This document shows positions 26,869 to 29,346 of a stretch of 29,346 bases of DNA, piece after piece (position 1 is the first letter of the stretch; each line of letters begins with the position of its first letter). The DNA is from Promethearchaeota archaeon. GTDB taxonomy: Archaea > Asgardarchaeota > Thorarchaeia > Thorarchaeales > Thorarchaeaceae. The notes under the pieces are model-generated. The model was given only the letters and a program-made list of their open reading frames with translations. It was not told the origin of the DNA and searched no databases. The stretch spans positions 1 to 29,346 of the forward strand of contig WJMJ01000135.1 in assembly GCA_014728035.1 (NCBI GenBank). The letters are read 5' to 3'. A program made the translations under genes and the position numbers.

Positions 26869-28389
26869 ATGAAAGAGCTTGTTCTTGCTATTGATGCTGG
26901 TACTACTGGGATACGATCAATGGTTTTCGATATCTCTGGGAAGGTTGTTGCCAAATCATATCGTGAGTTCAAGAGTTTTCATCCTCATCCATCGTGGGTA
27001 GAGCAAGATGCTGCCACATGGTGGGATTCAACCTGCAAGACTATCTCAAGCTGCATGAAAGATTTGAAACACCGTTCAAAGGATATTGTTGGGTTGAGTG
27101 TGACAAATCAGCGGGAAACCATAGTTCCCATTGATGAGAATGGCAATGCCCTACGAAGAGCCATCGTTTGGCAAGACCGTCGGACCGCACCTCAGTGTGA
27201 CTGGATAAGGAAGCAGATAGGCATCGAGAGAATATATGAAGATACAGGACTGACTATTGACCCATATTTCTCGGGCCCTAAGATTTTGTGGATTCTGAAA
27301 AATGAACCTGAGGTCTTCAGAAAGACAGAGAAATTTCTCCTAGTTCATGATTATCTGATTTACATGCTGACAGGACATACCATAACTGACTATTCGAATG
27401 CCAGCCGAACAATGTTACTCGAACTTGATTCTGCAAAATGGTCTGAATCTCTTCTAGAACAATTTGATATCCCCAAGGAAAAATTACCAGACTTAGTTGC
27501 GTCTGGAGATTGTGTTGGTGAGGTATCGCCAAAAGCAGCAAGAAACACTGGGTTAGCAGAAGGCATTCCGGTAGTCGCAGGTGGTGGTGACCAGCAATGC
27601 GCAGCGCTTGGTGTTGGTGTTGTTCGACCAGGTAGAATAAAGACTACGACCGGTACTGGAACTTTCATGCTTGCATTCTCACAAAAACCTAAACGCGACC
27701 CTGAAAGAAGGGTTCTATGCAGTCGACACGTTGTTCCTGATGCCTTTGTTGTAGAAGCTAGTATGTTCACTACTGGCTCAGCTCTACGGTGGTTTCGAGA
27801 TAATCTCGCGGTTGAAGAATGCAATTTTGCTCTTGAACATGATGTGGACCCATATGATGTGATGACGGATGCCGCAAAACATATTCCAGCAGGTTCTGAG
27901 GGTGTAGTTCATATACCTCATTTTGTTGGAGCTGGTGCACCCTATTGGAACTCTTATGCTAGAGGTGTTTTTGCTGGCCTGTCATTAGGCCACACTAGAA
28001 ACCATCTCATGAGAGCAATTTTGGAGGGTGTTGGCTATGAGATTAGAACTAACCTGGATGTAATGCGAGAGCTCAGTCTTACTACCTCTGAGATGCGTGT
28101 TACTGGAGGGGCGTCTCGAAGTGATGTCTGGATGCAAATTCAAGCCGACATACTGGGAATCCCGGTGATTACTACTCAAATGGAGGAAGCCACCGCAGTC
28201 GGTGCAGCTATTTTGGCTTGTAAAGGAGTTGGTATCTTTAAGTCAATATCTGAGGCTGCAGAAGAAATGATTCGCCCTAATCCTGCAATAATACCTTCTT
28301 CTGCCAATAGAGAGATCTATGAACAAGGTTATGAGACCTATCGAAAGTTGTATTCCCATATCTCAGACATTCGGTGGGGTTCGGACTAA
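26869..28389 (+). CDS. FGGY-family carbohydrate kinase (glycerol kinase/xylulokinase-like)
   Basis: IDAGTTG, WVEQD, TNQRET, WQDRRT, DPYFSGPK, TDYSNASRT, GGGDQQ, TGTG, GAPYW, RAILEG, GGASRS..WMQIQAD. The likely start is ATG 26869. Confidence 0.93.
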   Translation: MKELVLAIDAGTTGIRSMVFDISGKVVAKSYREFKSFHPHPSWVEQDAATWWDSTCKTISSCMKDLKHRSKDIVGLSVTNQRETIVPIDENGNALRRAIVWQDRRTAPQCDWIRKQIGIERIYEDTGLTIDPYFSGPKILWILKNEPEVFRKTEKFLLVHDYLIYMLTGHTITDYSNASRTMLLELDSAKWSESLLEQFDIPKEKLPDLVASGDCVGEVSPKAARNTGLAEGIPVVAGGGDQQCAALGVGVVRPGRIKTTTGTGTFMLAFSQKPKRDPERRVLCSRHVVPDAFVVEASMFTTGSALRWFRDNLAVEECNFALEHDVDPYDVMTDAAKHIPAGSEGVVHIPHFVGAGAPYWNSYARGVFAGLSLGHTRNHLMRAILEGVGYEIRTNLDVMRELSLTTSEMRVTGGASRSDVWMQIQADILGIPVITTQMEEATAVGAAILACKGVGIFKSISEAAEEMIRPNPAIIPSSANREIYEQGYETYRKLYSHISDIRWGSD

Positions 28390-29346
28390 CTATAGACTGC
28401 AAGTTTGTTTGCTTTGTCGAGCACAATGATTTTGACATCGGGGTCTTTCGCAATCCATTCATCAATGACTTGTTGTGGATCTATTACTTTTACAAGGTGA
28501 GCTGATTCTACAGTTTCTCTATCGAGGTCAGTGAACATTTTGATTGCAGAAACTCGATTTAGTAGCTCTGCAAATTTGTATGCTTTGTGCTCGTAGAGAT
28601 TATATTTTCCTTGAATTGACTCGATAATCTCATCGACCGGAACAAGCATCTTCTTGTAGAAATTCTCCATTGCTTTTGGTGGTGCAACACCATCTCTGCA
28701 TTCAGCAAGAAACAATATTTCTCCACCGTTCTCCACTGCATTTTTAGTAAGCTCGAGTCCTCGTTGGGCATGATATAGACTGAGGTCCTGTGGGTACCCT
28801 CCTGGAGAAACAATAATCCTTGATGTAGGTTCTACTGTGAAGCTAGCAATTTCGTCGAGTACTTCGATACCTCCACTGATAACCGGTTCAAGTTCACCTG
28901 CATCTGCCCAGACTAGCTTGCCAGCATTGGTAATCACCGATAGTGTAAATGCTTTCCCATCTTTGGTAATCATTTCCATTGCTTCTCGCATATCATCAGC
29001 GAGTGGATTATCACGTCTTTTAGGGTCTGGATGATATGGATGTTTTCCAAATGTGGAATTTGGATTCAATGCCATTGAATGATTTGCTTCAATTGTATCA
29101 AAAGCACAAATTCCTGGTAAGAAATCCTTCAGGGCATTAGAATATCCTGCAAAATAATGTGCTTTCATATCTGCAAGTGCAACATAGACATCATGGTCAG
29201 CAGCTTCCGAGTCGATAATAATTGGTGTACCCCTACTTGTTGTACCCAGATTTACTACATCCTGATTCTGGCAATCGTTTATCTTTATCCTGTAATTATC
29301 GAGTCCATTTTCCTCTGCGGCTTTCTCTATCATTCCCACAATGGCA
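28386..29346 (-). CDS. larA: LarA-family nickel-pincer-dependent 2-hydroxyacid racemase/epimerase (5' end outside the window)
   Basis: LGTTSRGTP, HYFAGYS..K.FLPG....I..NH, NP...DM.EA, PGGYPQD..LY, GGEI..LAEC.DG. The frame stays open to the window edge. Confidence 0.88.
   Translation of the reverse strand, partial: AIVGMIEKAAEENGLDNYRIKINDCQNQDVVNLGTTSRGTPIIIDSEAADHDVYVALADMKAHYFAGYSNALKDFLPGICAFDTIEANHSMALNPNSTFGKHPYHPDPKRRDNPLADDMREAMEMITKDGKAFTLSVITNAGKLVWADAGELEPVISGGIEVLDEIASFTVEPTSRIIVSPGGYPQDLSLYHAQRGLELTKNAVENGGEILFLAECRDGVAPPKAMENFYKKMLVPVDEIIESIQGKYNLYEHKAYKFAELLNRVSAIKMFTDLDRETVESAHLVKVIDPQQVIDEWIAKDPDVKIIVLDKANKLAVYS

Noticed and set aside
362-29034. Numerous short ORFs in the track overlapping the main genes (e.g. 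362-547, 535-756, 3070-3492, 12309-12686, 15638-16165, 17129-17434, 27390-27824)
   Set aside because: They are antisense or alternate-frame shadows of well-supported genes, with no recognisable motifs.
1-29346. CRISPR arrays, tRNA/rRNA genes, IS elements, long repeats
   Set aside because: Intergenic gaps are all about 200 nt or shorter and AT-rich. I saw no repeat-spacer pattern, cloverleaf or transposase by eye.

Overview
Gene-dense window from what looks like an anaerobic archaeon: archaeal-type ApgM, BRE/TATA-like promoters and GGAGG/GGTGA ribosome-binding sites. An Asgard/Thorarchaeia origin is only my impression. Left to right: lower-glycolysis genes (partial pyk, eno, apgM) interleaved with nucleotide-sugar enzymes (GDP-mannose 4,6-dehydratase-like SDR, UDP-sugar dehydrogenase); a Cys-rich 4Fe-4S protein; a large UPF0182 membrane protein; a self-contained operon encoding only the distal membrane arm of a complex-I-like pump (split NuoJ, K, L, M, N); a sulfate-activation operon (TauE/TSUP, Sat, cytoplasmic AlkP-fold Thr-nucleophile enzyme, CysC, RHH protein with an RLRALGY tail) followed by a CysQ/IMPase-like phosphatase; an accessory block (membrane protein, small GIY-YIG nuclease, NUDT22-like Nudix gene closely followed by an ~894-aa 2TM orphan protein); an FGGY sugar kinase; and a partial LarA-family racemase/epimerase. 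Best candidates for undescribed biology are (1) the PAPS-making operon that lacks any reductase or classical sulfotransferase, where the AlkP enzyme may be a non-canonical sulfotransferase, (2) the Nudix + membrane-anchored HTH/nucleotidyltransferase-like pair, and (3) the stand-alone NuoJKLMN module. I saw no tRNA, rRNA, CRISPR array or transposase.
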